Made by a program: the position numbers and the translations under genes
Part shown: positions 23,283-36,420 of the stretch, piece by piece
How positions within the stretch are numbered: position 1 is the stretch's first letter
Layout of the letters: every line of letters starts with the position of its first letter
Source: Anthoceros angustus
Taxonomy: Eukaryota > Plantae > Anthocerotophyta
Reading direction: 5' to 3'
Assembly: GCA_010909165.1 (NCBI GenBank)
Contig: VJWM01000151.1
Span: 248,001-312,000, forward strand
DNA length: 64,000 bases
Notes under the pieces: generated by a model
What the model saw: only the letters and a program-made list of their open reading frames with translations
Databases searched by the model: none
What the model was told of the DNA's origin: nothing

Positions 23283-26200
23283 GGTGCTGGTCCTGGTGCA
23301 GGTTTGGGGACATGCGTGTTGCTCATGATCAGTTTGCTTGGAAGCAACGTCGGTGCTGAACTCTCTTCCGATGGACAGGCCCTGTTGATGTTTCTGGAAG
23401 TCAATAGAGATAGTATGGACCAGAGCTTTGGCTTCTCAAGCTGGAGTGCGAGCGAGGATACGCCGTGTGGTTGGGTACGGGTATTCTGTACCCCCGAGTC
23501 TGCTGTGCACAGGCTCGATCTTTCGTCCTCCTCCCTGACGACGCGGGAATTGAGATTCCAGCTATGGCCCTTGAGTAATCTTAGTAGCCTTCAAGAGTTG
23601 GACCTGTCGTCCAACCCCCAACTGTTAGGTTTCACGGATGACTTGCTGTTCAAGCCCTTCAATCTCACGGGCTGCGGGAGTTGGTGGTGTTCTCTCTTGC
23701 AAACAATGAATGGGAAGGAGTCATCCCTGGGGAAGTGGGCAATCTGACACAACTCAAGAGCCTGGACCTGTCTGGTAATTCCTTCCACGGAAGCATCCCC
23801 AGTTTGGAGGGACTTACACGCCTCACCCAACTCTCTCTCGGCGGGAACCAGCTTGGCGGGGATGTGCCCACTGCACCCAATCTGCAATACCTGGGCGCAG
23901 CCGAAAACAATCTTACAGACGTCCCGGATTCCTTCTTCCAGATGTCCGCTCTGAAGCAGGTGAACCTTTCCCGGAACCAATTAGTGGGACAACTTCCGGG
24001 TAACATAAGCCTCAAGTCGCTTGATGTGTTGGATCTGTCATGGAACGGTCTGCAGGGCCCCATCCAGTCCGGATTGGGGGATGTGACGCACCTGGACCTG
24101 TCTAACAACCACTTGTCTGGCCCCATCCCGCAGGATATTCGTATGTCTCCCTTAGGTCCGTACGGATGGGTGGACCTGTCTGGAAATGAGCTGAATGGCA
24201 GCATTCCTGCCAGTTTGCTATATGGACCACAGTATGTGAATCTTTCAAGAAATTGTCTAGTTGGCGAGATACCGAATAGTCCGGGAGATTCAACGTTTCG
24301 GCCTGACGTTCACGTTGATCTGAGTGACAATCAGCTTCATGGCCCTATTCCTTCCTCTTTTTTCTTCTATCTTCGTCCGAAACAGCTGTGGCTTCAAAAC
24401 AACAGCTTCTCTGGTGACTTGATCCCCTTTCTCACCCAGACGCCATAAGGGTTCATCTACCTTTTTGCCGAAAGTATCCGAGTGCAAGGCAACAGCTTCA
24501 CGGTGGACCTCACTCAGTTGCTGGACCCTGGGAACCTGGTGCATTTAAATATGGTGACAGTTTTGGACCTGAGCCACAACTGTTTCAACATGACACCTTC
24601 ACGGGAGTTCCCCGCTCCCTTGCAGAGTCTGCTGGAGGCGTTCTGTGAGAAGAGCTCACCTATGATGGAACTTCGGCTAGCGGGCAGCGATCTCATGGGC
24701 CAATCATTTCCCAATAGTTTCCACTGTTCCAGGTTAATGGGTCTGGACTCCCTCCAGGTCTTGGATCTCGCATCTTGCAACTTGCGCGGAACGGTGCCAA
24801 ATTCGACGTTTTTCAGCATGAGCATGCCCTACCTGTCCTTTCTCAACGTGTCCAACAACAGGCTTTCTGGGCCCATCCCTGAAGAGTTACCCGACACTCT
24901 CACCGTACTGGATCTGGGCAACAACAATTTGGTCTCCGAGGGAGGGATGCCACCTGACCTTTTCACAGGGCTGCGCAACTTGGAGCATTTCAATGCATCC
25001 AACAACAACCTATCCGGCCCCATTCCAGGAACCTTTCCTCCCAGTCTCCGAGTCTTGGACCTTAGCCACAACCATCTGACAGGACCGATACCCGGTAATC
25101 TTTTTTTTGCTTTGCTTCACTTGGAATACATCAATCTGTCCGGCAACCATCTCTCAGGACCCATTCCAGAGAACCTGACTCGCGAGGATGTCTTTAAGGC
25201 AAGCTCCTTTGCTGACAATCTGGGCTGTGCGGCGGACCTCTGCCCGCTTGTGTCCCCTCAACCTCCTACGAGTCGGTCAGTGCGGCTGCTTGTGGCAGTA
25301 GTGTTTGCCGCTGTCTTGATTTCTACGGGTAGTTGTTTGCTCCTGGTCTGGACATGGAGAGTGTACTCCGAAAAGCACCAGCAAGATGCGGACTTGATTG
25401 CCACGCTGCTCGAGAGGGAAACCGTGGCGGTGATGCCCTTCGGCAGCTCCGCAGAGCCACCTCCAACTTTTCAGAGTCGGCCCAGATCGGAGTGGGCGGC
25501 TTCGGCACGGTCTACACTGGCAAGCTCGCTGATGGCACACAGGTAGCAATCAAGAAGGGCAAGCGGGAAGTCTCCCCCGAGTACAAGCAGCAGTTTCTCA
25601 ACGAGGTCAGGATTCTGTCAGGAGTGAAGCACCGACACTTGGTGAATCTGCTGGGCTTTTCCATGGAGAACAAAATTGCTCTCCTCGTCTTCGAGTTTGT
25701 CCCCAACGGCACACTGCTGGAACATCTGCAGGGGAAAAGAGAAGGATTTTCCCCGCTCACCTGGAGACAACGCCTTCTCATAGCGCTTCAGACTTCCGAT
25801 GCGCTGGCGTATCTTCATTCGGCTGCCGACCCACCCATCTTCCACCGAGATGTGAAGTCTTCAAATATTCTGCTCGACGATGACCTCAATGCGAAGGTGG
25901 CAGATTTCGGCATCTCCAAGCTGGCTCCGAACAAGGCAGCAACTCATGTTTCCACAGTCGCAGTCCAAGGCACCATGGGCTATATCGACCCTGAGTACTA
26001 TGTCAGCTTCCAGCTCACTCCCAAGAGCGATGTCTACAGCTTCGGAGTTGTGCTGCTTGAACTCATCTCAGCTAAGCCTGCTGTAGATTTTCAGAGAGGG
26101 TATGATGAGGCCAGCTTGGCGAGCCTGGCATTTTCTGCCATGGACAGGGGGAACTGGGAAGGGCTGATCGACCCTGCGTTGGCGGACACATATAGTTTAG

Positions 26201-26475
26201 CAAGTGGGAAGGTATCCATAGAGAGTGTGGGCGCTTTGGCTGTCCGGTGCTTGGCCCTCAAATCCCGAGATCGTCCCGACATGAGAGAGGTCCGGAAGGT
26301 GTTGCAAACCGTCTGGCTTCACTCGGACTCGGAGGCATCGGATCATGTCCGTCATGATCTGCAGGCACAGCATGCTTGTTGCGATGTCCATGCTTTCCCG
26401 CAGCAAAGTTCCCACAGTTGCACCACCATATCCGCCCATGAAATTGAGATGTCTTCTTTGCTTTCAGCATTGTAG
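23283..26475 (+). pseudogene. Intronless LRR receptor-like kinase (LRRNT, plant LRRs, TM, RD kinase), disrupted; its 5' end lies at ~17105-17179
   Basis: Contains SDGQALL..W..C.W..V.C, LxxLDLSxNxLSGPIP repeats, TM segment LLVAVVFAAVLISTGSCLLLVW, and kinase GVGGFG/VAIKK/HRDVKSSN/DFG/GTMGYIDPEY. There are frameshifts near 23690 and 25440 and an in-frame TAA at 24446. Confidence 0.85.
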
Positions 26476-27606
26476 AAGCCAGCTGCTGCCGGTAGACGCA
26501 TGATGGACTGATGCATAAGAGAGCGAATATGATCAGGATGGTATGTACTAAATGTCTTTCTCCTCTGCACAACAAGGTCTGAATCGTGCCCGTGCTGGAG
26601 GCAGGTGCTAGGTGACTAGATTGGACATCTGAACATGGGTTATTCTGTAGATATGCTTGTGAAGTATGTCAGGCCTTTTTGAGACCTTCTTTCAACCTTC
26701 GGATAACCAGGGCAAGCCCGGATACTTGTACATACTTTGCAAGATTTCCACCTGGGTAAGCTGCACGACAGTATGATCCAGTAGGCTGAAAAGCGCAATA
26801 GCTTCACTCTGTTCAAACAGTTGCATCATGTCTCATTTTGAAACTGTCAAAGGCCAACACAGTTTTCACATTTAGGATCTTTCCCAATATCGCCTGCGTT
26901 GTGTTGAAATCCCAGTTGTTGCCTTCATGCACGCATTATCTGCAGCAAATCCCAGGTAGTAGAATACAGAGAGGGATCAAAGAAAACCAGGATGGAGGTG
27001 TTGACCCTGACAGAGGCCCATAAAGATCAAGGCACAGTGCTCCTGGGAATAGTCCTTCAAAAGGGACACAACAGGCTCTTTGAAAGGTTTCCGAGACAGA
27101 AAACAGACAGAGGGAAGACCTCCTCCGCTCCATCTTGGTCTTGCCCATGCTCTGCCCACCGCACCTCACCCCTTGGCCTTGCAATCCTTTCCTCCTTTCT
27201 GCCGACTTCTTGAAGTGCGTGCAACCGGCCATCACCAGTGAACAAAACAATCAAGAACAAGTTCCAGTTGCACTCCAAGAAAATTGCTGCTGCCATCAAC
27301 ACAGACTCGTCTCAGCAAGCCCGATGCAACGTTAACCACGGCTACTCGCAGCTGGCCCTGCTCGTCCACGCCTTTGGCTCGCGCAAACCATCCAGCAAGG
27401 CATTCACAGCTCCTGGCGGCATGGAACTTCCAGCCAGAGATTCTCGCTGCTGGCTGCACCCTGCGGATTTCTTGCTTGGTGACGGTCGGTTCCTTTCAAG
27501 CCAGCCCACCCGCATCCTCCTTTCCTTCTGGCGATCTTGTGATCCTCGAATTCCCCCAGCTGTCCTCGATCCTTCGCGACCAGTGCTAGAAGATCTATCA
27601 CGGGAC

Positions 27607-29476
27607 TGTTAGAATTGCACAAGGCCTGGCAAGCCACAGCCTGGGCAGTGCAGCGGACATGATCAACACATAAGCGGACACAAGCAGAGGTAATGGATGG
27701 CACACAAAGCTCCACTGGCTTAGATAGGCTCCACAGTACGCATCAATAGGTGCACAGGTGCTACATATATAGCTCCTTAGGCTAGGCAACTATCGAGGAG
27801 GTAAGCCCTAGACTCGATAGTGCAATATCCTAGTATATCCTAATATACTAGAGTAAGTAGCAGAGGATTGAATCTCTAACACTCCCCCTTCAAGCTAAAG
27901 CTACTTTCCGACGCCAAGAGCAGAACGAAAATGTGCGAACTTGACGCCGCTGAGAGCCTTGGTAAAGATATCCGCCACCATCTCCTCAGTGCGGAGGTAA
28001 CTGAGCCGAATCATACCTGTGTCGACTAAATCACGCACGTAGTGAAAATGGATAGGGATGTGCTTAGTCCGAGGGTGATAACCAGGTCGACGGGCCAACG
28101 CAATGGAACTCGTGTTGTCAACAAAAACTGGAATGGGTGCCTCCATCGCGAAGCCAATGTCTGTGAGAAGTTGCTTGAACCATGAGATATCAGCGCCCCC
28201 TGTAGATAAAGCAATATATTCGGCCTCAGCCGAGGAACGTGCCACGACAGATTGCTTCTTGCTAAGCCATCCCACAGCGCCTCCATGTAGCAGATAACAA
28301 CATCCTGTGGTAGATCGAGAATCCTTGTTGGTGCCCCAGCTAGCGTCAGTATAAACCTTGCACTCCTTCTCGTAATGACCATACTTGAAGCATTTCCGGC
28401 ATTGTCCCTTCTTCGCTGTTCGTTGGTCCTGATGTCCCTGCGAGGACTTCCCCGCTGTCTTTGTTCGTGTTGTTCCGCCTTCCCTTGACGAACATCGCAT
28501 GCCCGACCTGCTGAGGACCCCGCCTTGCATCCAATCGGCGAGTCTCCTTCACAAGAAGATGGACGCCGCCTCCCATGTGAGGTTGTCTTGGGCTATGAGG
28601 AAGTCGATGAACTCGACTCAAGCTTCGCATAGAGCGATATAAGAATAGCCACGCATAGGGCATCGCATACATCTTGTCGGATGCCTCCATTGCAATAAAC
28701 AATTCACGGAAGGTATCGATGTGCTCCCTCGACGGTAACTGCCGATATACTTCAACGCTTGAGCTTGGGGTGAACAGTGCATAACCTCGCCTCCTTCTTC
28801 TTGCTGCTTTTTGTGGTGAGTAGATCCCACAGCTTGCTTCCGTCCCTTTGTCCTGATCTCCGACGCCTAGCTTAATGCCGGAGAGACTCATGTCTATGAG
28901 AGCCGTTGCGCGATGGTCTCTCCTAACCCAGCCTCTCTCTTTGGCCGCTTGAGGAGGTTTCACCCCTGCCTCGCAATAGCAAACCCGCCCTCCGCCATGA
29001 GAACCACCTTCATGGATGTTTTCCATACCGAAACCTGCTCCATCGAACGTGGGGACCAAGTGGCCCTGTGGAAAGTGAGTTCCGTGCCATCTTGACCCTC
29101 CTTGTTCGCACCAACTCCACTGCTCTCGCCCCTAGGTCACTAAGCTCATTGCCATCGCGACCGCCCTCTCTGTCGAGTCTCGCAATCGTTGTTCCCGCCC
29201 GATACCATGTTAGAACGGCATGTTGCTCCGGCAAGCCACAAAAGGCAATGGACATGATCAACACATGTTTTATTGCTGCAGAATGGGTAATGGATGGCAC
29301 ACACAAAGCTCCACGCTTAGATAGGCTCCACAAGACGATCAATAGGTGCATTGTGGTGCTACATATAGCCCTTAGGTTAGGCAACTATCGAGGAGGTAAG
29401 CCCTAGACTCGATAGTGCAATATCCTAGTATATCCTAATATACTAGAGTAAGTAGCAGAGGATTGAATCTCTAACA
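27607..29476 (-). mobile_element. Non-autonomous mini Ty1/Copia: LTR 29208-29476, PBS, gag fused to RNase H, PPT, LTR 27607-27881
   Basis: TGTTAG...CTAACA LTRs, PBS-like TGGTATC at 29207-29201 and PPT AAGGGGGAG at 27890-27882. gag starts at ATG 29090 (PTFDGAG, knuckle CRKCFKYGHYEKEC) and is directly followed by RNase H (YTDASWG, SSAEAEYIA, DNTS, RTKHI, ADIFTK). Confidence 0.88.
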
Positions 29477-32400
29477 CTTCTCCAAGCTAAAGCTACTTTC
29501 CGACGCCAAGAGCAGAACGAAAATGTGCGAACTTGACGCTGAGAGCCTTGGTAAAGATATCCGCCACCATCTCCTCGGGCGGAGGTAATCGAGCCGAATC
29601 ATACCTCGTGTCGACTAAATCACGACGAAGTGAAATGGATAGGGATGTGCTTAGTCCGAGGGTGATAACCGTCGACGGGCCAACGCAATGGAACTCGTGT
29701 TGTCAACAAAAATCGAATGGGTGCCCATCGCGGTAAGCCAATGTCTCGTGAGAAGTTGCTTGAACCATGAGATATCGTCACTGTAGATAAAGTAATATAT
29801 TCGGCCTCACCGAGGAACGTACCACGCATTGCTTGCTGCCATCCCACCCATGTAGCGTATAACAACATCCTGTGGTAGATCGAGAATCCTTGTTGGTGTT
29901 GAAGGCCAAGATAAACCTTGCACTCCTTCTCGTAATGACCATACTTGAAGCATTCCGTGATTGTCCCTTCTTCACTGCTCGCTGGTCCCGATGTCCCCGC
30001 GAGGACTTCCCCGCGTGTCTTTGTTCGTGTTGTTCCGCCTTCCCTTGACGAACATCGCATGCTCCGACCTGCTGAGGACCCCGCCTTGCATCCAATCAAG
30101 TAGTCTCCTTCACAAGAAGATGGACGCCGCCTCCCATGTGAGGTTGTCTTGGGCTATGAGGAAGTCGATGAACCCCACAAGCTTCGCATAGAGCGATATA
30201 AGAATAGCTTTCTCAGAACTCGGGCATCGCATACATCTTGTCGGATGCCTCCATTGCAATAAACACCACGAAGGTATCGATGTGCTCCCTCGACGGTAAC
30301 TGCCGATATACTTCAACGCTTGAGCTTGGGTGAACAGTGCATAACCTCGCCTCCTTCTTCTTGCAGCATTTGTGGTGAGTAGATCCCACAGCTTGCTTCC
30401 GTCCCTTTGTCCTGACCGACGCCTAGCTTAATGCCGGAGAGACTCATGTCTATGAGAGCCGCCAAGGCTGATGGTCTCTCCTAACCTAGCCTCTTTGGCC
30501 GCTTGAGGAGGTTTCGCCTTGCCTTCCAATAGCAAACCGCCTCCGCCATGAGAACCACCTTCATGGATGTTTTCCATACCGAAACCTGCTCCATCGAACG
30601 TGGGGACCTCAAGTGGCCCTGTGGAAAGTGAGTTCCGTGCCATCTTGACCTCCTTGTTCGCACCAACTCCACTGCTCTCGCCTCTAGGTCACTAAGCTCA
30701 TTGCCATCGCGACCGGCCTTCCTCTTGTCGAGTCTCGCACTTGTTCCCGATACCATGTTAGAATTGCATTGGCCCCGGCAAGCCACACCGCAGTACATGA
30801 TCAACACATGTTTTGACATACAGAGGTAATGGATGGCACACAAAGCTCCACCGGCTTAGATAGGCTCCACAAGACGATCAATAGGTGCACAGGTGCTACA
30901 TATATAGCCCTTAGTTAGGCAACCATCGAGGAGGTAAGCCCTAGACTCGATAGTGCAATATCCTAGTATATTCTAATATACTAGAGTAAGTAGCAGAGGA
31001 TTGAATCTCTAACACTTCTCCAAGCTAAAGCTACTTTCCGACGCCAAGAGCAGAACGAAAATGTGCGAACTTGACGCTGAGAGCCTTGGTAAAGATATCC
31101 GCCACCATCTCCTCGGGCGGAGGTAATCGAGCCGAATCATACCTCGTGTCGACTAAATCACGACGAAGTGAAATGGATAGGGATGTGCTTAGTCCGAGGG
31201 TGATAACCGTCGACGGGCCAACGCAATGGAACTCGTGTTGTCAACAAAAATCGAATGGGTGCCCATCGCAAGCCAATGTCTCGTGAGAAGTTGCTTGAAC
31301 CATGAGATATCGTCACTGTAGATAAAGTAATATATTCGGCCTCACCGAGGAACGTACCACGCATTGCTTGCTGCCATCCCACCCATGTAGCGTATAACAA
31401 CATCCTGTGGTAGATCGAGAATCCTTGTTGGTGTTGAAGGCCAAGATAAACCTTGCACTCCTTCTCGTAATGACCATACTTGAAGCATTCCGTGATTGTC
31501 CCTTCTTCACTGCTCGCTGGTCCCGATGTCCCCGCGAGGACTTCCCCGCGTGTCTTTGTTCGTGTTGTTCCGCCTTCCCTTGACGAACATCGCATGCTCC
31601 GACCTGCTGAGGACCCCGCCTTGCATCCAATCAAGTAGTCTCCTTCACAAGAAGATGGACGCCGCCTCCCATGTGAGGTTGTCTTGGGCTATGAGGAAGT
31701 CGATGAACCCCACAAGCTTCGCATAGAGCGATATAAGAATAGCTTTCTCAGAACTCGGGCATACATCTTGTCGGATGCCTCCATTGCAATAAACACCACG
31801 AAGGTATCGATGTGCTCCCTCGACGGTAACTGCCGATATACTTCAACGCTTGAGCTTGGGTGAACAGTGCATAACCTCGCCTCCTTCTTCTTGCAGCATT
31901 TGTGGTGAGTAGATCCCACAGCTTGCTTCCGTCCCTTTGTCCTGACCGACGCCTAGCTTAATGCCGGAGAGACTCATGTCTATGAGAGCCGCCAAGGCTG
32001 ATGGTCTCTCCTAACCTAGCCTCTTTGGCCGCTTGAGGAGGTTTCGCCTTGCCTTCCAATAGCAAACCGCCTCCGCCATGAGAACCACCTTCATGGATGT
32101 TTTCCATACCGAAACCTGCTCCATCGAACGTGGGGACCTCAAGTGGCCCCGTGGAAAGTGAGTTCCGTGCCATCTTGACCTCCTTGTTCGCACCAACTCC
32201 ACTGCCGCCTAGGTCACTAAGCTCATTGCCATCGCGACTCGTCCTCTCTTGTCGAGTCTCGCACTTGTTCCCGATACCATGTTAGAATTGCATTGGCCCC
32301 GGCAAGCCACACCGCAGTACATGATCAACACATGTTTTGACATACAGAGGTAATGGATGGCACACAAAGCTCCACCGGCTTAGATAGGCTCCACAAGACG

Positions 32401-33424
32401 ATCAATAGGTGCACAGGTGCTACATATATAGCCCTTAGTTAGGCAACCATCGAGGAGGTAAGCCCTAGACTCGATAGTGCAATATCCTAGTATATTCTAA
32501 TATACTAGAGTAAGTAGCAGAGGATTGAATCTAATGTGGACGACGACAGCCAGAGCCACGGGCGCCGCACCAGCCACGAAGGTGCTCCAGGCAGAGGGCG
32601 GCAGAAGCACCTGCAAGATGTGATGCCCACAACCTTATCAATTCCTGTGAAGGAACCAGAGTGTGAATCCATCCCCATCAAGACCAGACACCACACTCCA
32701 ACACTGAGAATCGACCGAAGCAACAAACAAACTCACCTACCGCACTGGACGCAAGGCCTCGCCTCCTTCTTCTTTGCATTTGTGGTGAGTAGATCCCACA
32801 GTTTCTGGCCCCTTTGTCCGGATCTCCGACGCCTAGCTTAAATTTCCCGGAGAGACTCATGTCTATGAGAGCCGCGCGATGGTCTCTCCTAACCTGGGCC
32901 TCTCTTTGGCGCCGCTTGAGGAGGTTTCCGCCTTGCCGCAATAGCAAACCCGCCCTCCGCCATGAGAACCACCTTCATGGATGTTTTCCATACCGAAACC
33001 TGCTCCATCGAACGTGGGGACCTCAAGTGGCCTCGTGGAAAGTGAGTTCCGTGCCATCTTGACCCTCCTTGTTCGCACCAACTCCACTGCTCTCGCCTCA
33101 GGTCACTAAGCTCATTGCCATCGCGACTCCTCTCTTGTCGAGTCTCGCAATCGTTGTTCCCGCCCGATACCATGTTAGAATTGCACAAGGCTCGGCCACT
33201 GCAAGCGGCGACATGATCAACACATGTTGCGACACAAGGCAGGTAATGGATGGCACACAAAGCTCCACCGGCTTAGATAGGCTCCACAAGACGATCAATA
33301 GGTGCACAGTGGTATATATATATAGCCCTTAGGCTAGGCAACCATCGAGAGGTAAGCCCTAGACTCGATGCAATATCCTAGTATATTCTAATATACCAGA
33401 GGCAGTAGCAGGATTGAATCTCAT
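29477..33424 (-). repeat. Tandem copies of the mini-Copia sharing LTRs (further LTRs at ~30756-31014, ~32280-32534, ~33173-33424)
   Basis: The ~1.54-kb unit is repeated. The last copy is partial and also repeats flanking DNA (32535-32750 vs 33425-33630). Confidence 0.8.
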
Positions 33425-35478
33425 GTGGACGACGAGCCAGAGCCACGGCGCCGCACGAAGGTGCTCCAGGCAGAGGGCAGAAGCACCTGCTGCGCATTCC
33501 GTATGCCCACAACCTTATCAATTCCCAGGAAGGAACCAGAGTGAATCCATCCCCATCAAGACCAGACACCACACTCCAACACTGAGAATCGACTGAAACA
33601 GACTCACCTACCGCACCCTGGACGCACAAGGCCTGCTCCTGGTTTCCAGAACCTTCCATGTCGAACATTGCCGTAAAAAACGGATCCGGAGACGGCCTTG
33701 TTGCTCGAACCGCAGAGCTGGCTCGGTAGCCATGTCCGCCATAGCCGCCAGGTATTCGGCGATGAAACCATCGGATTCAACCAAACGCTTGATTACTCCA
33801 TTCCTTCCTTCAAACTTTGAAACCGCCTCGTGGAAACTTGAAAGCAACACGACGCAGTTACATACCTACTTATGTGTGTACAGTTGTCGACTTTGCATTC
33901 ATCGTGGCAGTTACCTAAATGGTGGGCCCCACCTCACCTATGGACAAAGCGCCGCCAGACAACGGCAACGCTAAGCAAAGGCTGGTAAGCGAGGGCTCAA
34001 GAAAGGCAGCTAGCATTTTAGGGCCGCAAGAAATGTAAAACAAAGGTAGATCTCTCCCATCGCTAGCAAGATATGTGTGAGGCGCCGATAGTGTCGAGTT
34101 TCCAAGCCTCCTCAAATTTGGCTTTCTTCCTCGTTGGCAAAGATATACATGTGACATGTTAAAGCAACATATATACCCCTACCCTAGATCAACAAATACA
34201 ATAATTAGGGTTTTAGAATTAGTGCCCACCGACCTTTGTGGTCCTATGCAAATAAATCCTTAACAACCGCTGTCTATGCTATGCTTGCACGAGTCCTTTC
34301 GTCTGAAAATTTCTTAATTAGGATTTACTTTGTAGAGTCTCGAGACTAGAAACGATGAAAGTGCACAAGTCCTTCTCTCGCAAAACCTCTAAAATGCATG
34401 GAGAGTGCACCACCTCTTGAGGTGACACCATACACTAGTCTTGTTTCACCGAGGCTAGTTGTATGCATAATGTCAATCATCATAGTCATGTTCCTAGTCT
34501 CGCTACATAGGTGGTCACATTGTGATCTCATAATGTGAGCATGCTAAACTACCATGTGTGCACGAGTCCTTCTGAAATTTTTGAGAACGGTGAAGATGCA
34601 CAAGTCCTTTTCTCACAAGAACTCACAAGTCCTTTTCTCACAAGAACTCTAAAAAAACAATGAAAGTTCAAGGACAAACTGCGCCACCTCTTGAGCGGAC
34701 ACCATATAACAGTCTTGCTGTATACATTCCATGCCAGACTACATCTAGCAAGATCTGGAAGCTCAAGGCATAAAGCTTGCCCTACCTTTTGAACTTCAAG
34801 CAAAAAAGCATAAAGTTTGCACCACCTTTGCAACTGACACTATAACTGTCTTGGAACGCAGAGGCCATGAAAGTTATATATTATCAAAATCTCACGAGGT
34901 ATGGAAGTTTTTCCGCACGAAATTACTCTAAAAGAAGATGAAAGGTCAGGGACCGAGATTGCGCCACCTCCCGAGCTGACAGCCGACGCAGAACAATAGT
35001 GTAATTACCCACTGGCACCGGAGCTATCTTGATCTTGTGAGCCCCGGTCGGGGATCGGGGTGGCTCTAGGCCGCTGCAGGGCATCGGAATAGAGGCTTGG
35101 ATACTTGTCGGAGCTGCGGAAGCAGTCGGGATGCGGTTGGCATTCCCCTTATCCGATTTCCATTCCATGACCATCGGAAATCGAGAAGGGAATCGGGATA
35201 TGTTCGGTCTGTCACTTTTTTGGTGGCATGACAGATCTCACACTTTTGGAGACGTATGTGGAGAAAGGAGGGGGCGGAGTTTGAACCCACTACAAGACCT
35301 AGGACAGCTTGAGAATTTCTTGGAATAAATATTTTACTGATATTCGTAACATTTTCAGTGACGAAAAATCATATCCATGTACAAGAAAAACATACATATT
35401 CAATCAACACTTGGATTAAAGCAAAACATGTAAGGTGCGTGACAGTTGGAGAGCGCAGCCAAGGCCGGACGGCGAACT

Positions 35479-36420
35479 TCAAAGCACAACGGTGGCGGTG
35501 ATGAGGCTCACGAGGCCCGAGTATCGGCAGGTTTTGAGGCTCAGGAGATCGCTGATGTCCAGATTGAGCTGGATGCCCACAGCAGCCGGGTTGCCCCAAG
35601 TGTGAGACTGGCCAGTGCTGGTGGTGATTTTGATGCAGAGCAGCGGGCCTCCGTTTTCGCCCCAAATCGTGACCAACTGAACGACTTTCTCCACGGTTCC
35701 CAGCACCGTGCCGAGCACGCCGGCCACCAGTCCCTGGTTCAGCTTCAAGCTCTGCAAGACAGTCACAGGAAACGATGAGGCTGTTATGAAGTTGTCATGG
35801 CGGACAGTGAGATGGAGCCTGCTGGGGTGGGTTTGGAAATTGGTACTGACGACGTCGGCCGTGCCGAGGTTGAGGAGGCTGCAGCCGGTACTGGGGTGGA
35901 GCGGGAGATCCACGAGGGCCGTCAGCAACGAGCCGGCCGACAACAGGCTGAGATCGGCCCAGAGAAGGTCGATGCAGGCAATGCTGAGTTGGGCATTCAC
36001 GTACACGTTGATCCCTGCCAGGACGGGTTCCACCAGGCCCAGCAGGCCGTCGCCATAGCTCACCTCGCCCGGGTGATGAGTGCCCCAGGTTACTGTCTGG
36101 GTACTCGACAGCAGCTTCCGGTAATGGTTCTGTGCAGCATGTTAATTCACGATAGTCAATAGCCTGGAGCAGGAGTCTGTCAAAATTTACCGTACGAGGG
36201 AATCGGTCATGTGGACGAACCTGGTTGGATGAAGCTTCAGCCACGTTTGCTACAAACGAGCCGAAAATCTGCAGGAATGTAATGCGAGCCGATTCTGTCA
36301 GCAGACTAGACCTTTGCAGCAACCACATGATACAGTGAGTAGTGCCTCACGGAAGTGTAGAATGATGGGTATTGGTCTCACAGCAAGGATGATCAGGATG
36401 GCGGCCGTCTTGGAAGCCAT
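35479..36420 (-). CDS. Secreted protein of ~245 aa, possibly a divergent jacalin-like lectin; exons 36420-36382, 36268-36221, 36129-35479
   Basis: TATAAAT at 36497-36491 and ATG at 36420. Two phase-0 GT-AG introns (113 and 91 nt) give MASKTAAILIILAIFGSFVANVAEASSNQNHYRKLL (signal peptide plus RKLL). The mature part has WG...GDG...INVYV and EKVVQLVTIWG...IKITTSTGQSHTWG. Confidence 0.7.

Noticed and set aside
26830-27606. Possible LINE ORF1/endonuclease remnant (AAWNF..., continuing at 33425-33660)
   Set aside because: Motifs are too degenerate to call.
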